From Octopus sinensis (Eukaryota), in contig NC_043003.1 in NCBI RefSeq assembly GCF_006345805.1, forward strand, positions 67,580,001 to 67,644,000: a DNA stretch of 64,000 bases. The letters are read 5' to 3'. Made by a program: the position numbers and the translations under genes. The notes under the pieces were generated by a model that did not search any database, was not told the origin of the DNA, and worked only from the letters and a program-made list of their open reading frames with translations. Shown here piece by piece: positions 52,742-64,000 of the stretch (its first letter is position 1; the number at the start of each line of letters is the position of its first letter).

Positions 52742-52819
52742 GCGGCTGAAGAAGGCCACAGACATACATTATGATTTGTTATGAATCTGTCTAATAAAGG
52801 CCCGAAACATATGTACCGC
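52742..52819 (+). ncRNA. Hammerhead ribozyme motif at the pLTR 3' end
   Basis: gcgg CTGAAGA a ggcc acaga...tctgt...ggcc c GAAAC atat GTA ccgc. Stem III ACAUAUGU is palindromic. Predicted cut after 52815. Confidence 0.78.
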
Positions 52820-52959
52820 TGAATCCTTCGCCTCATCTTGTTTTTATTTTTATTTTTATTTTGATCAATTTACTCCACCACCTACACCACCAAACGGTAT
52901 ACGCAGGTGCTTATAATTATCAAGTACTCACCCCGAATTTCTATATATATATATATATA

Positions 52960-53204
52960 TATATTGTATAGAGGGCATTATTACACATAAATGCCTCACG
53001 CTAAGAGGGACATAAGTTATTACTACCAAAATTTAACTAATCGTACCCAAATGCAGTTTTCGAAGCAAGACATTTTAAAAATGAATTTAAATGTCTTGCT
53101 TCAAAAACTGCATTTGGGTACGATTAGTTACATTTTGGTAGTTATGACTTATGTCCCTCTTAGCGTGAGGCATTTATGTGTAATAATGCCCTCTATACAA
53201 TATA
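52960..53204. repeat. 245-bp near-perfect palindrome
   Basis: tatattgtatagagggcattattacacataaatgcc... is mirrored to ...gccctctatacaatata with a handful of mismatches and a centre of about 12 nt. Confidence 0.92.
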
Positions 53205-53449
53205 AATTAATATTTTCAAAAGAAAAAAAAATTATTTTCGAATTTTTTTCTCTTATGAGGTTTTTCACGCTAACTACCTGATAATTTCTTGTTAAGATTC
53301 CTTATTAAGAAGTTATCCTTAATTGTTAAATATATATATATATATATATATATGATTGATTGATTGATTGATTGATAGATTCTTGTTTCAGCTTATGAGC
53401 TGTGGCCATTATGGGGCACCGCCATTTGGTGTTGCTACTTGGTTTCACT

Positions 53450-56443
53450 TCATGGAGGCTTTCTAGCAACTGCTATTTGGTGCATGAGAGAGTTCGATGC
53501 AGCTGCCCTCATCTGCCCCTCCTGCCGTGAAGTTGGTTCATCTGGGACACCTGACAGGAAGAGATCCAGCTTCATTTTAAAGACATCTGTATCCACCCCA
53601 TGCAGGTCTCTCAGGTTCTTCGGGAGGATATTGAAGAGCTGTGGGCCTCGGAAGCCCAGGCTATCACAGAATCTTGTCCTACATCTTGATGGCAGGTTTG
53701 GAGTCCTAGGCACCACGCAGTGGCGCCCAGTTCTGGCATTTGCGTACTCTCGATGCCAAAGTTCAGGACACTTCCCTCCAGGATCTTCCAGATGTATATT
53801 ATGGCATATCTTTCCCGCCTACGCTCCAGGGAATATAATTTTAATCTCTTGAGTCTTCCCAGTAGCTTACATTCTGCATAGAGGCTATCTTCTTTGTGTA
53901 GCTTCGTTGGGTCGCCTCAAGTTCTGTGATCAACTTGACACTGGATGGTGACCATAGCTGAGAGAGCAATAGTCAAAGTGGCTTAGGACAAGTGTCTTCC
54001 AGAGGACCATCATGGTTTCTTGTTCTCTTGTTCTAAAGGTTCTAAGAATCCATCCAGCCAGCCGTCTACATTTCATTGTCAGTTTAGCAACATGTACATG
54101 AAAGGTCGCGTCATCACTCATGTGAATACCCAGGTCACGCACTGATTGTGCCTCTGGGATTGCAATCCCTCCGGGTCCAGTGTATTCATTGGGTATTGCA
54201 TTCAGTTTTGCATGCTGATAGTATAAAGCTTGAAACTTTCCAGCATTGAACTGCATGCTATTCTTTTCAGCCCACTTGTATATTTCGTGCAGCTCACATT
54301 GCAGGTGTTTAGTGTCCTCAGGGTTCTGTATTGCCTGTGAAACTTTTGTATCATCTGCATAACTTGTGATCGTGGCTCTCTGCGTGGCTGAGGGCATGTC
54401 TGAGAGGGCCATTCTGAACAGTAGTGGTCCCAGAGCAGTGCCCTGCGGAACACCGCTCACTATTTGTGTGTTAATGGAGGTGGCCCCATTGGCTACTACC
54501 ACCTGACTTCTATCCTTCAGAAAGTCATGAAGCCATTCTCCCAGTTTTCCAACTATGTTGAGATCACGCAGTTTGTGACATATCATTCCATGATCGACTT
54601 TATCAAAGGCCTTTGCAAAGTCGAGATATATCACTTCCACATTTGAGTGGTTGAGCAGCCGTTTCAGCACCCAGTCATAGTGATGTAGGAGCTGAGTTAA
54701 ACAGCTTCTCCCTGGTCGAAAACCATGTTGGGTGTCGGGCAGCAAGTAATTCTCTTCAAGGAAGGTGATCAGCTTCCTTCTGACTATTCGTTCCATGACC
54801 TTGCTGATGTGTGAGGTCAGAGAGATAGGTCTATAGTTCTTGGCTTCCGCTCTGCTACCTCCTTTATGAATGGGGCATATTTTACCTTCCTTCAGTTTTC
54901 CTGGAAGTTTGCCAGCTGCAAGGAAGCTCTGAAAGAGGAACTGCAGTGGTCTTGTTAGGACTCTCTTACATGCTTTTAGGAGGATTGCCGGGAATCCATC
55001 GGGGCCAGTAGCTGAGTCTGTTTTCATTTCATCTATAGCCTTGGTTACATCGTCTTCCTTTATATCGATGTAATCTATCGTCGCCGCCTCTGATTTTATA
55101 TCTGCAGTGGTAAAAAAGTCAGTTGGATTGGTGATTTGGAGATGCCCAAGGGGTGGAGTGAAAACACTCTTGAATTGCTCATTCAGTATTTCACTTACCC
55201 TCATTGGTTTTCCTGTAAGTGTGCCATCCTTTTCGAGGAGTGGCCCTATTCTACAGTGCACTGTAGCTGTTTCTTTGGCATACCTGTAGAAAGCTCTGGG
55301 GTTAGATTTTATGTTTTCTATAGCCCAGGATTCTTTGTCTGCTCTTTCTTTTTCATGGGAGAGTTGCAGACATTTTTCGATTTCCAACAGTTTTATTTTT
55401 AGGCGGGACTTTCACACTGCTTTCAATCTGTTTGTTTAGGCGATTTGAAAATTTCGTACGCCGTCTCATTAAGATTTTCCTCTCTCTGGGGATTCTGTTC
55501 TTGTGTACAGTGGCCTTTCTCTCTGGGACACATTTGTAGCATATGGCTTGCATTACAGACATGAATTGTTGAAGTTTCACGTCGATGTCTGGCGAGGAGA
55601 GACATTTAGGCCAGTTTTGTTTGAGGATCTCTTTCTCAATTTGTTTCCAGTTTGCCTTATGGTAGTTCAAGCTGGAAAGATTTTGAGGGTTTCTTGTAGG
55701 CTGCATGTCCGTGCTCTCTTTTGGCCCGTACATGTCAGCTCTATCATGTTGTGATCCGAGAGTAGTGTCGTGTCACTTTCACATTATGGATGAGATCCAT
55801 GTCATTTGTGAAGCAGATCCAGTGTGTTACCTGCCCTGGTTGGTTGGAGTATTACCTGCTCCATGTACAGGGTGTTGATGAGGTTCAGGAGGGACCTCGC
55901 CTGTCCTCGTTCACATCTTGTCATTCCTGGGAGAGAAAGGCCCTCGGGCCATCTGACATTGGGCAGATTGAAGTCTCCCATAAGAAGCACACCTATGTGT
56001 TGTTCTAATGTGGTTAGAATTTCTTCTATTTTTATAAGGCAGTCTTCAAACTTGCCCACATGGCTTGGGGCATCTGGAGGGCGATATGTAGCACACACAA
56101 CTACATCAAGTTGCTTAATATGTACAATTAGTGTGTCACACACCGAGTTTGAGTATGACAAGAGGACCTGGGGTGTGAGGTCCTCACGGATGTACATAGC
56201 AACACCTCCATGACTCCTTTCTTTCCTGTCGGTCCGTAGTACAGCATACTGTGGTATGTGTAACTCCGCATCTGCTATGTCCGGTTTCAGGTGCGTTTCT
56301 GTAAGTGCTATGCATATGGCTTGATTGCATGCAACAAAGTCTCTCAGGAACGGGATCTTTGTCCTGTTACTGAGTGTTTGCAGTCCTCTGATGTTCAGTA
56401 GGAGTATCGAGGTGAGGTGTACGTTGTTGCCGGCGGTGTCCAT
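53450..56443 (-). pseudogene. LINE ORF2 (APE endonuclease + RT), frameshifted into at least 4 pieces
   Basis: LLNIRGL, IALTETHL, DRKERSHGGVAMYI, MGDFN, NYRPISLTS, QHGFRPGRSC, YLDFAKAFDKVDH, GVPQGTALGPLLF, YADDTK. Confidence 0.92.
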
Positions 56444-57309
56444 CCTGTGTCTGTTTGCTGTGGTGGTCTGGTATATAGTGGGTAGTCCCACCTGCGGGCT
56501 TGGGTTTGATGAAGCCAGGTCAGCTGCTGTACAATCTTTTGTGCCATGCACAAAAAAGATTGTTGCTCAGCAGCTGCTCTTTCGACAACATCATGTTGGC
56601 TGTTTGTGGCGCGCACAACATCTGCGTACCTCCGCTTTGGGGCAGGTGGTGCGTGGTCCATCCCTTTTCTTTGTGTTGATGGTTTGTCCATCTGCCTCGT
56701 GTCTCTGTGGCAGGGTCCCCGATGTGCAAAGCGGCAGCCTGCACCTTCCTTTCCATGCCAGCAGGAACCTCTCAGGTAGAACATACACACCCGTGTGCGC
56801 TGTTTGGTTCCATCCTTTGCGGTTCCACTTCTATTTCTGGTTGTTTCACTCTTTGGTCCTGCTTGAGCTTTTTCTTTTCCTTTAGCTCTTCCAGTCCTTC
56901 TTTTAGTTCTTCTTCTTCCTCCCTCTACCTCTTCACCGGGTTCTCCGTCTCCATGGCCCTTGCTGCCGGTTGGAGAACTTGCACCTGGGTTCACTTCCCG
57001 GGCAGGTTTCTCATTCAAAACCTCCTCCCGGGCGTCCACCAGGTGGGGGTGACTTCTTTCATCGTCTCCATTCTTGCCATCTTTGCCCCGCTCGTTCTCA
57101 AAGATGGCATCAAGTGCGCCAATGTGCGACCGTACAAGCGCATATGAGCGCACGAATTCCTGTCTCTTTCGCTCCATCTGAGCCGCCGTCCTCTTGTAGC
57201 CTCTGCTCTTCAGCGCAGCCGCAATCACCTCGCTAGGGCTATCTCCGCCGGCGCACTCCCATGCTCGTACGAATAAATCCAGCTCGTCACGTCTCCATGC
57301 TCTGGACAT
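56395..57309 (-). CDS. LINE ORF1p (304 aa) with N-terminal trihelix/Myb-SANT-like motif and a CCCH zinc finger
   Basis: WRRDELDLFVRAW...IAAALKSRGYKRTAAQMERKRQEFVRSY and CMFYLRGSCWHGKEGAGCRFAH (C-x7-C-x8-C-x3-H, 56722-56787). The ORF is uninterrupted. Confidence 0.8.
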   Translation of the reverse strand: MSRAWRRDELDLFVRAWECAGGDSPSEVIAAALKSRGYKRTAAQMERKRQEFVRSYALVRSHIGALDAIFENERGKDGKNGDDERSHPHLVDAREEVLNEKPAREVNPGASSPTGSKGHGDGEPGEEVEGGRRRTKRRTGRAKGKEKAQAGPKSETTRNRSGTAKDGTKQRTRVCMFYLRGSCWHGKEGAGCRFAHRGPCHRDTRQMDKPSTQRKGMDHAPPAPKRRYADVVRATNSQHDVVERAAAEQQSFLCMAQKIVQQLTWLHQTQARRWDYPLYTRPPQQTDTGWTPPATTYTSPRYSY

Positions 57310-57430
57310 GCTGGATAATCCGTCTATCCGTTTATCTATCTAATTATGTTCGAGAGAAGACAGGAAGATATTAGGCTAATTAGAATAGAGTACTTGAAAA
57401 AAGAAATATTACAATATAAAGTTTGTGTAA

Positions 57431-58535
57431 AAACGTTATTTGGGTAAAAACGTTATTTAATCTTAAGGCTAATTAGGGGATAGAGTATCTGAAAATGTAT
57501 TAGCAATATTAATATTATATTAGAGTGTGGATAAAAACGTTGTTTAATCTTAAGGCTAATTAGGAGATAGAGTATCTGAAAATATATTAGCAATATTAAT
57601 ATTATATTAGAGTGTGGGTAATATTAAACGTTATTTAATCTTAAGGCTAATTTGGAGATAGAGTATCTGGAAATATATTAGCAATATTATTTATATTAGA
57701 GTGTGGGTAATATTAAACGTTATTTAATTTAATCTTAAGGCTAATTAGAAGACAGAGTATCTGAAAATTATATATACAATATTAAGCAATATTAACCGTT
57801 ATTTAATTTAATCTTAAGGCTAATTAGACGTTATTAATATTAAACGTTATTTAATTTAATCTTAAGGCTAATTAGAAGATAGAGTATCTGAAAATATATT
57901 AGCAATATTAATATTATATTAGAGTGTGGATAAAAACGTTATTTAATCTTAAGGCTAATCAGGAGATAGAGTATCTGAAAATATATTAGCAATGTTAATA
58001 TTATATTAGAGTGTGGGTAATATTAAACGTTATTTAATTTAATCTTAAGGCTAATTAGAAGATAGAGTATCTGAAGAATTATTAAAAATATTAAAACAAT
58101 ATTAAACGTTATTTAATTTAATCTTAAGGCTAATTAACAGTAATTATTAACAATATTAAACAATATTAAACGTTATTTAATTTAATCTTAAGGCTAATTA
58201 ACAGTAATTATTAACAATATTAAACCATATTAAACGTTATTTAATTTAATCCTAAGGCTAATTAACGATAATTATTAACAATATTAAACGTTATTTAATT
58301 TAATCCTAAGGCTAATTAGACGTTATTAATATTAAACGTTATTTAATTTAATCTTAGGGCTAATTAGAAGATAGAGTATCTGAAAAATTATTAACAATAT
58401 TAAAACAATATTAAACGTTATTTAATTTAATCTTAAGGCTAATTAACAATAATTATTAACAATATTAAACAATATTAAACGTTATTTAATTTAATCTTAA
58501 GGCTAATTAGAAGATAGAGTATCTGGAAAATTATT
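57431..58535. repeat. Modular AT-rich tandem array in the LINE 5' UTR
   Basis: About 15 copies of aacgttatttaa(tttaa)tcttaaggctaatt, interleaved with three re-used spacer modules. Confidence 0.9.
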
Positions 58536-58980
58536 ATATCGAGAACAGATATTGAAAATGTAAACAAACAAAATGACGATCGCAACTTTAACTAAGATGT
58601 GGGCCTAAGTGAAAGATAAAATAGAATAATAAATAAAATATGAAATAGATGAAATTGATACTTAATCCAACAATGTGGTCTGGATTATTTTTTTTGGTTT
58701 ACGGGATTTTTTTCAGGAGAGATACTTCTTTTTCTTTCTTGCAGGAGATAACTTGATTTAGTTATTTTTGCACCATGTGCGTTTCGGCGAAAATGAAAAT
58801 TACTGTGTATATGTATATATTTATATATATATTTTTAAAAATATTTTTAACCAAAGTGTTGTAGTGATCTCTATGACTTAGAGTTTTACGTTTTGCAACT
58901 ACAGTGGGTTATTTCGCCGTTCTATGCAAACTTTTTCACAGAGCAAAGGCAATCACGTCTTTCTCTGCTGAAAACGGAAC

Positions 58981-59040
<60 letters not shown>

Positions 59041-59041
<1 letters not shown>

Positions 59042-59190
59042 CGACGGGCTTCTTTCAGCTTCCGTCTCTCAAATCAACTCACAAAGCTTTCGTCGGCCCG
59101 AGACTATAGTAAAAGACACTTGCCCAAGGTTCCACGCAATGGAACTGAACCCGGAACCATGAGGTTGGTAACCAAGCTTCCTACTACACA
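59041..59190 (-). mobile_element. tRNA-derived SINE with (TA)n tail
   Basis: Minus strand ggttccgggttcagttcca...ccttgggcaagtgtctt...gaaagaagcccgtc. A related copy lies at 61829-61976. Confidence 0.8.
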
Positions 59191-61303
59191 TCCACTCCTA
59201 ATTCTTGAGAATGTGTCATTGAACAAATATATTGTAATATATAGATGTATTAAGACGGTGATCAAGCAGAATCGTATGTACGACTGACATAATACTTTTC
59301 GTCCAAGATTCAAATGCAGCCGAGCCCTTTATGCTTTCAGACTCGATAAAGTACCAGTTAAGCGTTGGGGTTGACGTAATTAACTTCTCCCCTCCTGCGA
59401 AACGCCGGTTCTTGTCACAAAAACTTAGATGTTTTAAGGTGGTGAGATATCAGAATCGTTAGCAGGATAGTCTTGATATTTTGGGTTCAAATCGAGGTCT
59501 GCTTTACCTTTCATCTTTTAAGGTATATGAAATAAATACCAGCTGAGCATTGGGATAGTGTATACGACTTATCCTCACCCACGAATTTTCTGGCGTTCAG
59601 CCAAAATTTGACTCCACTCTTGAGATGTATTATCTTGAGAAGTATTGAGTATAACCACTAAAGGAACCATCTTCGTGATTGATTTATTTGGAGTTGATAA
59701 ATGAAATAACAATTACATAATAGAATTCTGTCATTTGAGTAAACTCTCCCTCTCCGTTAAAACTGGCGTGATTTTTTTTGATTTTTTATAAGGGAATATC
59801 AGCTCTTTTTAAGAAAATATATCATGGTACTCGCTATTTAATAGTAATAAGAATTTGTGAAGGTTCATGTATTTCTGATGTATATTCAATGTGAAACAAA
59901 TTTTAATTGGGACGTGTTTGGTGGTGTATTTGCGAGGCTGGTATTTTGTCACTCTTTCCCACAGTTGTACATCATTTAATTTGGCAAGTAATTTATTTCA
60001 CTAGGCGTATCATCCATCCATTCAGGGGGATCTCAAATGAGATTTTGTACTTTCATGTTGCAGCGCTTAAAATAGAAATTTAATCAGGTTTTAAGTCGAT
60101 AAAATGAAACTACACCGTTGCCGACAGAAACAACTTTCTGCGTTTCACAGTCTTTTGAATGGATGAATGTATTAAAATAAAACAATTTCAATGGTATATC
60201 AATGACTTCTAGGGATTTTATATCTGCATCTTTTGAAGACATTCATTTTCGATAGGAAGTATTTGAAAATCACTGTATTACGAACATAATTCACAAAGGT
60301 AGTCGCAAGAATTTGTTTTGCCAAACAGTGGAGGTTGCTTGATTGATACTCCAATCTCCACAGGCGCCTTATAGAGATGTTGTAATTCTTAAAGTAGCAT
60401 CGATCAACACGTTGTAGGGTGTGACCTGTGTCAACATATCTACGTGGTTTAACTGATTTACCCCAAAACTCATTAATATCATATATTATATAGAATTCAT
60501 GCAAGGCAGGTAACTGAGAGGCAGAAATATTTTAGATATTAGACTGTTTGAAAAGTAGCTCCATCCTAATTTGTGCATAATCTTTTAACCTTTAAGGAGC
60601 TTCTTACATTATGTCTGCATTAAGACATCCTTCAAAGCATTATGATAGCGCTTATTTACCGGATACATCGAAATGAAATTAAATGGCCTTGTCGAAATCC
60701 CAATATGTTGCCAGCAACATTGATATATGGAACTGGACGTGAAAGCTGAAACACACAATGTTGAGTCGAATAATGGCTTTTCTCTTTCATTGAATAATTT
60801 GCAAATGTTTTTCAACGACTTCTATGCAAGTGGCTATAAACAAGCATTAAAATATGCTTTTTCACGTAATTTTGGCTAAAATATCTTCCTTTTTAGTTGT
60901 TAAATTTTAAAGCAATTTTTTTTTGTGAGTTTCTGTTTTTCCTTTCGAATATTCTATTTTTGTTTTAATCTTTTTACTTCTTATAGTTATGAGAAAGCGG
61001 CCATGCTGGAGCACCACTTGAGCGGGTTTTAGTCGTGGAAATCGACCCCAAGACCTATTCTTTGTAAGCCTAGTACATATTCTATCGGCATCTTTTGTCA
61101 AACCGCTAAGATAAGTTAAAGTGGTTAAGTGATGATTGGAGAAACTCGGATGCAAAGATATACACATATAAATATATACATATATGTATATATATCAAAA
61201 CGATGCGTTATAATACTATTCCGCAGCCACACCAACAATCCAAGGAAACCACGAATTTCAAACACAGTTACCCAATAAACATACATACATATGCACACAC
61301 ACA

Positions 61304-61376
<73 letters not shown>

Positions 61377-61544
61377 TATATATATATATATAATTTATGT
61401 GAAATAGAAAGATGAATAATCTTGTAGTAGATTAATCAAAAGTTTAACCGATACCTTAGTAGCAAAAATCACAGCAGTAAACAGCACGGTTGGAGGTACA
61501 ACCATCTGGCGTTGCAACCGTGCGTTGGTGCGGATAATTGAAAT

Positions 61545-61783
61545 TAAAACATTATTGGTGAATTGAAGAAATGGAGCTGAACGCAGATTGAACAGAAATC
61601 GTTTTATTTCATTCTACACGTGTTTCGAAAGGCACAAATTACCTCTTCCTGAAGAGAAAGACACAATATGGTCCCATTATTCAATCGGATTTTGGTAATT
61701 TGTGCCTTTCGAAACACGTGTAGAATGAAATAAAACGATTTCTGTTCAATCTGCGTTCAGCTCCATTTCTTCAATTCACCAAT

Positions 61784-61792
<9 letters not shown>
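61545..61792. repeat. Perfect 99-bp inverted repeat with 50-nt spacer, abutting (TA)n
   Basis: 61545-61643 is the exact reverse complement of 61694-61792. Confidence 0.95.
61646..61725 (+). ncRNA. Minimal type I hammerhead ribozyme motif inside the fold-back
   Basis: ttc CTGAAGA gaaag a cacaa...ttgtg c ctttc GAAAC acgt GTA gaa. Stem II is about 10 bp closed by G-C, and stem III ACACGUGU is palindromic. Predicted cut after 61722. Confidence 0.82.
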
Positions 61793-61834
<42 letters not shown>

Positions 61835-64000
61835 GTTCTTCTACTTTCCGTCTACCAAATCCACTTACAAGTCATTGGTTGGCCTGAAGCTGGAGTAGAA
61901 TACACTTGTCCAAGATGCTATGGAGTGGGACTGAAACCGGATCCATGAGGTTGGGAAGCAAGTTTTTTGTTACACAGGGACATCAGGTGGATAATCTCAC
62001 ATTTTTAACACCATATTTGTATCCATCCTGTTAAAAAGCTCCCCTGGGGAGTTTTCCCAAAATCTGTTTTATATTATTATTCGTTTTTAGCATCACTACT
62101 ACATCTACAGCAACATGCACATGGACACATGTTTATATATTAATAACTTGCTTGGAAACATGTAATGTTTGGCCACAAGAAGAGCATCTGTCTGTAGTAT
62201 TACTGCCTCAGCAAATTCCGTGAAAGCATATAACATTGTACATCGAAGCAAGAGTGATTGTATGCTTGTAGTTGTGTCTGTCCGTGTCTAATATATGTAT
62301 GTGTTTGCATATGCGTGTGAGTTTGTGAATGTGTGTGTGTTAGTGTGTGTGTGTACGTGTGTGGGTTTTGTGTGTTTGTGTCTTAACTTTGCAGGAGGGA
62401 CATTGAATAAGAATTGTGCATTATGCCAACGTAGGTTATAATGTCCATTTTCGCACAGTTTCGTCTAGAATAAGGAAATTAAAATATATAGTGATATTTG
62501 ACAGCAGCTTAACATATTACACTGCAGTAATTATTTGAAACGTAATCTCTTACGTTGACGGGCAAAGAGAATTCTAAAAAGTACATCAAATTCACATTTC
62601 CTCCTTTTGTGTATCTTATTATTAATAACTAAATGTTAATTAAGATATTCCGTCCTCGGTGTTATCGTTAAAGTGATTTTCTGTTAGCGATAGATGGTTA
62701 AAAGTTCAATGTTTTTTTAATGAATCACTTATATATCAGCAATTTCTCGCAACCATACTGTGCAGTTAGGCATGATCATGCGGGCGTTGTTCGGAAAATG
62801 ATTGATTAGAAAGTCTTTTTCGCTGAGATTTCCGAATATACAGCCGCTTCTCTAGAGTAGGCTAGAATCTCTTCATCTCGTACATAGTCTTTAGAATTCA
62901 AGCTGTATATGCACAGGTCAACTTCAGCATAGTATTGGTTAATATATTTTGAAATATTTGCACATTAGATACTTCAGTATTATCAATGATTTCCGGCAAC
63001 ACTCTGCAAGTTATCCAAACAATTTTCCAATATAAAGTTATCATATTTTCCTATCGATGATGTTTGTTGATCTCTAAATGGAATGCTCAGGCGTTATCTA
63101 CACATATATATTCCACTGTAATCGCAGCCGCACCATTCATGTTTTGTATAGAAATTCCATGCACATAACAGATGTCCAATCTATGCAATGCGATATCTGC
63201 AAGCCTATAGCTTATGGAATCAGTAGCTTCTGTTACTTATGGAAGCAAGTGAATGTGTTGCCCGAAGTTCTACGGAATGTTTAAATGAAAAAGCTGTTCT
63301 AAACAGGAAATACAATTTTTCGAAATTGCATTCATTGAGTATACAGAATGCGACGTAGGATGCACAGGCAAGAAAGTGACAGACAGTTGTGATTACTGAG
63401 ACAGACAAAGAATTTTGTATATACAGATTGGGAAACCATAAGTTCCATCATATCCTGTGATTTTATATAAACGATTATCAGTCGCCATATAAGTATATGT
63501 ATGTGTAGATGTGTGTCTGTGTGTGTGTCTGTGTGTGTGTGTGTGTGTTGAATAACGTAGATAATGCGGAGACACACACACATACTCATACATTCACACA
63601 CACTGAGATTCATATAGAAAATGCGACGTTGTCGTCGAGTGGGGAAACACAGACACACTGACCGCGGAAACACAGACACGCAGACAGACACATGCTCATT
63701 TATACACTCACGCGCATACACACTGACAGACACAGACAGAATCATATACAGAAGATATATCGTTGAAACAATAGGTAAATGAATATAGGTGACTCATTAT
63801 CTATTTCAAGTGTTAATGGCCTAGAAAAGGTTAAGAGTGAAGTGCAAAACACATAGATATGCGACCTTCGTTGATAGAACCATAGGCCCTATGTCTAGGG
63901 AGAATTTCTAGACTCGATTTTGAATCTCAGGCTGGAGCAAGCGATGTCTGTACAGAACTAATCAGTAAATTAAATTTCGGACGCATATGATTTAGAAAAA

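Larger units (their letters stand above)
48998..52940 (+). mobile_element. 5'-truncated Penelope-like retroelement with inverted 5' pseudo-LTR, inserted in (TA)n
   Basis: 48998-49555 is the reverse complement of 52315-52872. An RT/GIY-YIG ORF lies between, and (TA)n flanks both ends. Confidence 0.92.
53353..58586 (-). mobile_element. Near full-length CR1-group LINE with (ATCA)n 3' tail
   Basis: Contains ORF1, an APE endonuclease, RT, a C-terminal ...RAAASNSL motif and a (tgat)n tail on the + strand. The 5' end is approximate. The CR1 assignment comes from motif recall. Confidence 0.88.

Noticed and set aside
55790-57236. Long + strand ORFs overlapping the LINE (e.g. 56325-56885, 56707-57147)
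   Set aside because: They are antisense shadows of the GC-richer LINE ORFs, with no independent motifs.
57431-58535. Constant repeat with variable spacers, superficially CRISPR-like
   Set aside because: The context is eukaryotic, spacers are re-used modules of uneven length, and there are no cas genes.
59990-60830. Possible DNA-transposon remnant (gactgtttgaaaagtagctcc)
   Set aside because: No matching second TIR or recognisable transposase motif was found by eye.

Overview
AT-rich, microsatellite-dense eukaryotic DNA. The SINE and repeat families look like those of an octopod cephalopod (recalled, not verified). No complete host gene is visible, only three tentative exons (18.4-24.6 kb). 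The window is mostly transposon remnants: four mariners, two hAT derivatives, a Helitron-like element, many tRNA-derived SINEs, a near full-length CR1-group LINE (53.4-58.6 kb, minus) whose ORF1 has a trihelix/Myb-like plus CCCH architecture, and a young 5'-truncated Penelope-like element (PLE; RT + GIY-YIG, 49.0-52.9 kb) with an inverted pseudo-LTR. The most striking signal is a dispersed set of minimal type I hammerhead ribozyme (HHR) motifs at 10.7, 15.3, 45.2, 49.1/52.7 and 61.6 kb, plus half or decayed copies. They belong to five sequence-distinct families, all end in GAAAC-NNNN-GUA, and their stem III tetramers differ but stay self-complementary. Several lie in ORF-less solo or fold-back elements beside (TA)n tracts. 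All folds and alignments were done by eye.
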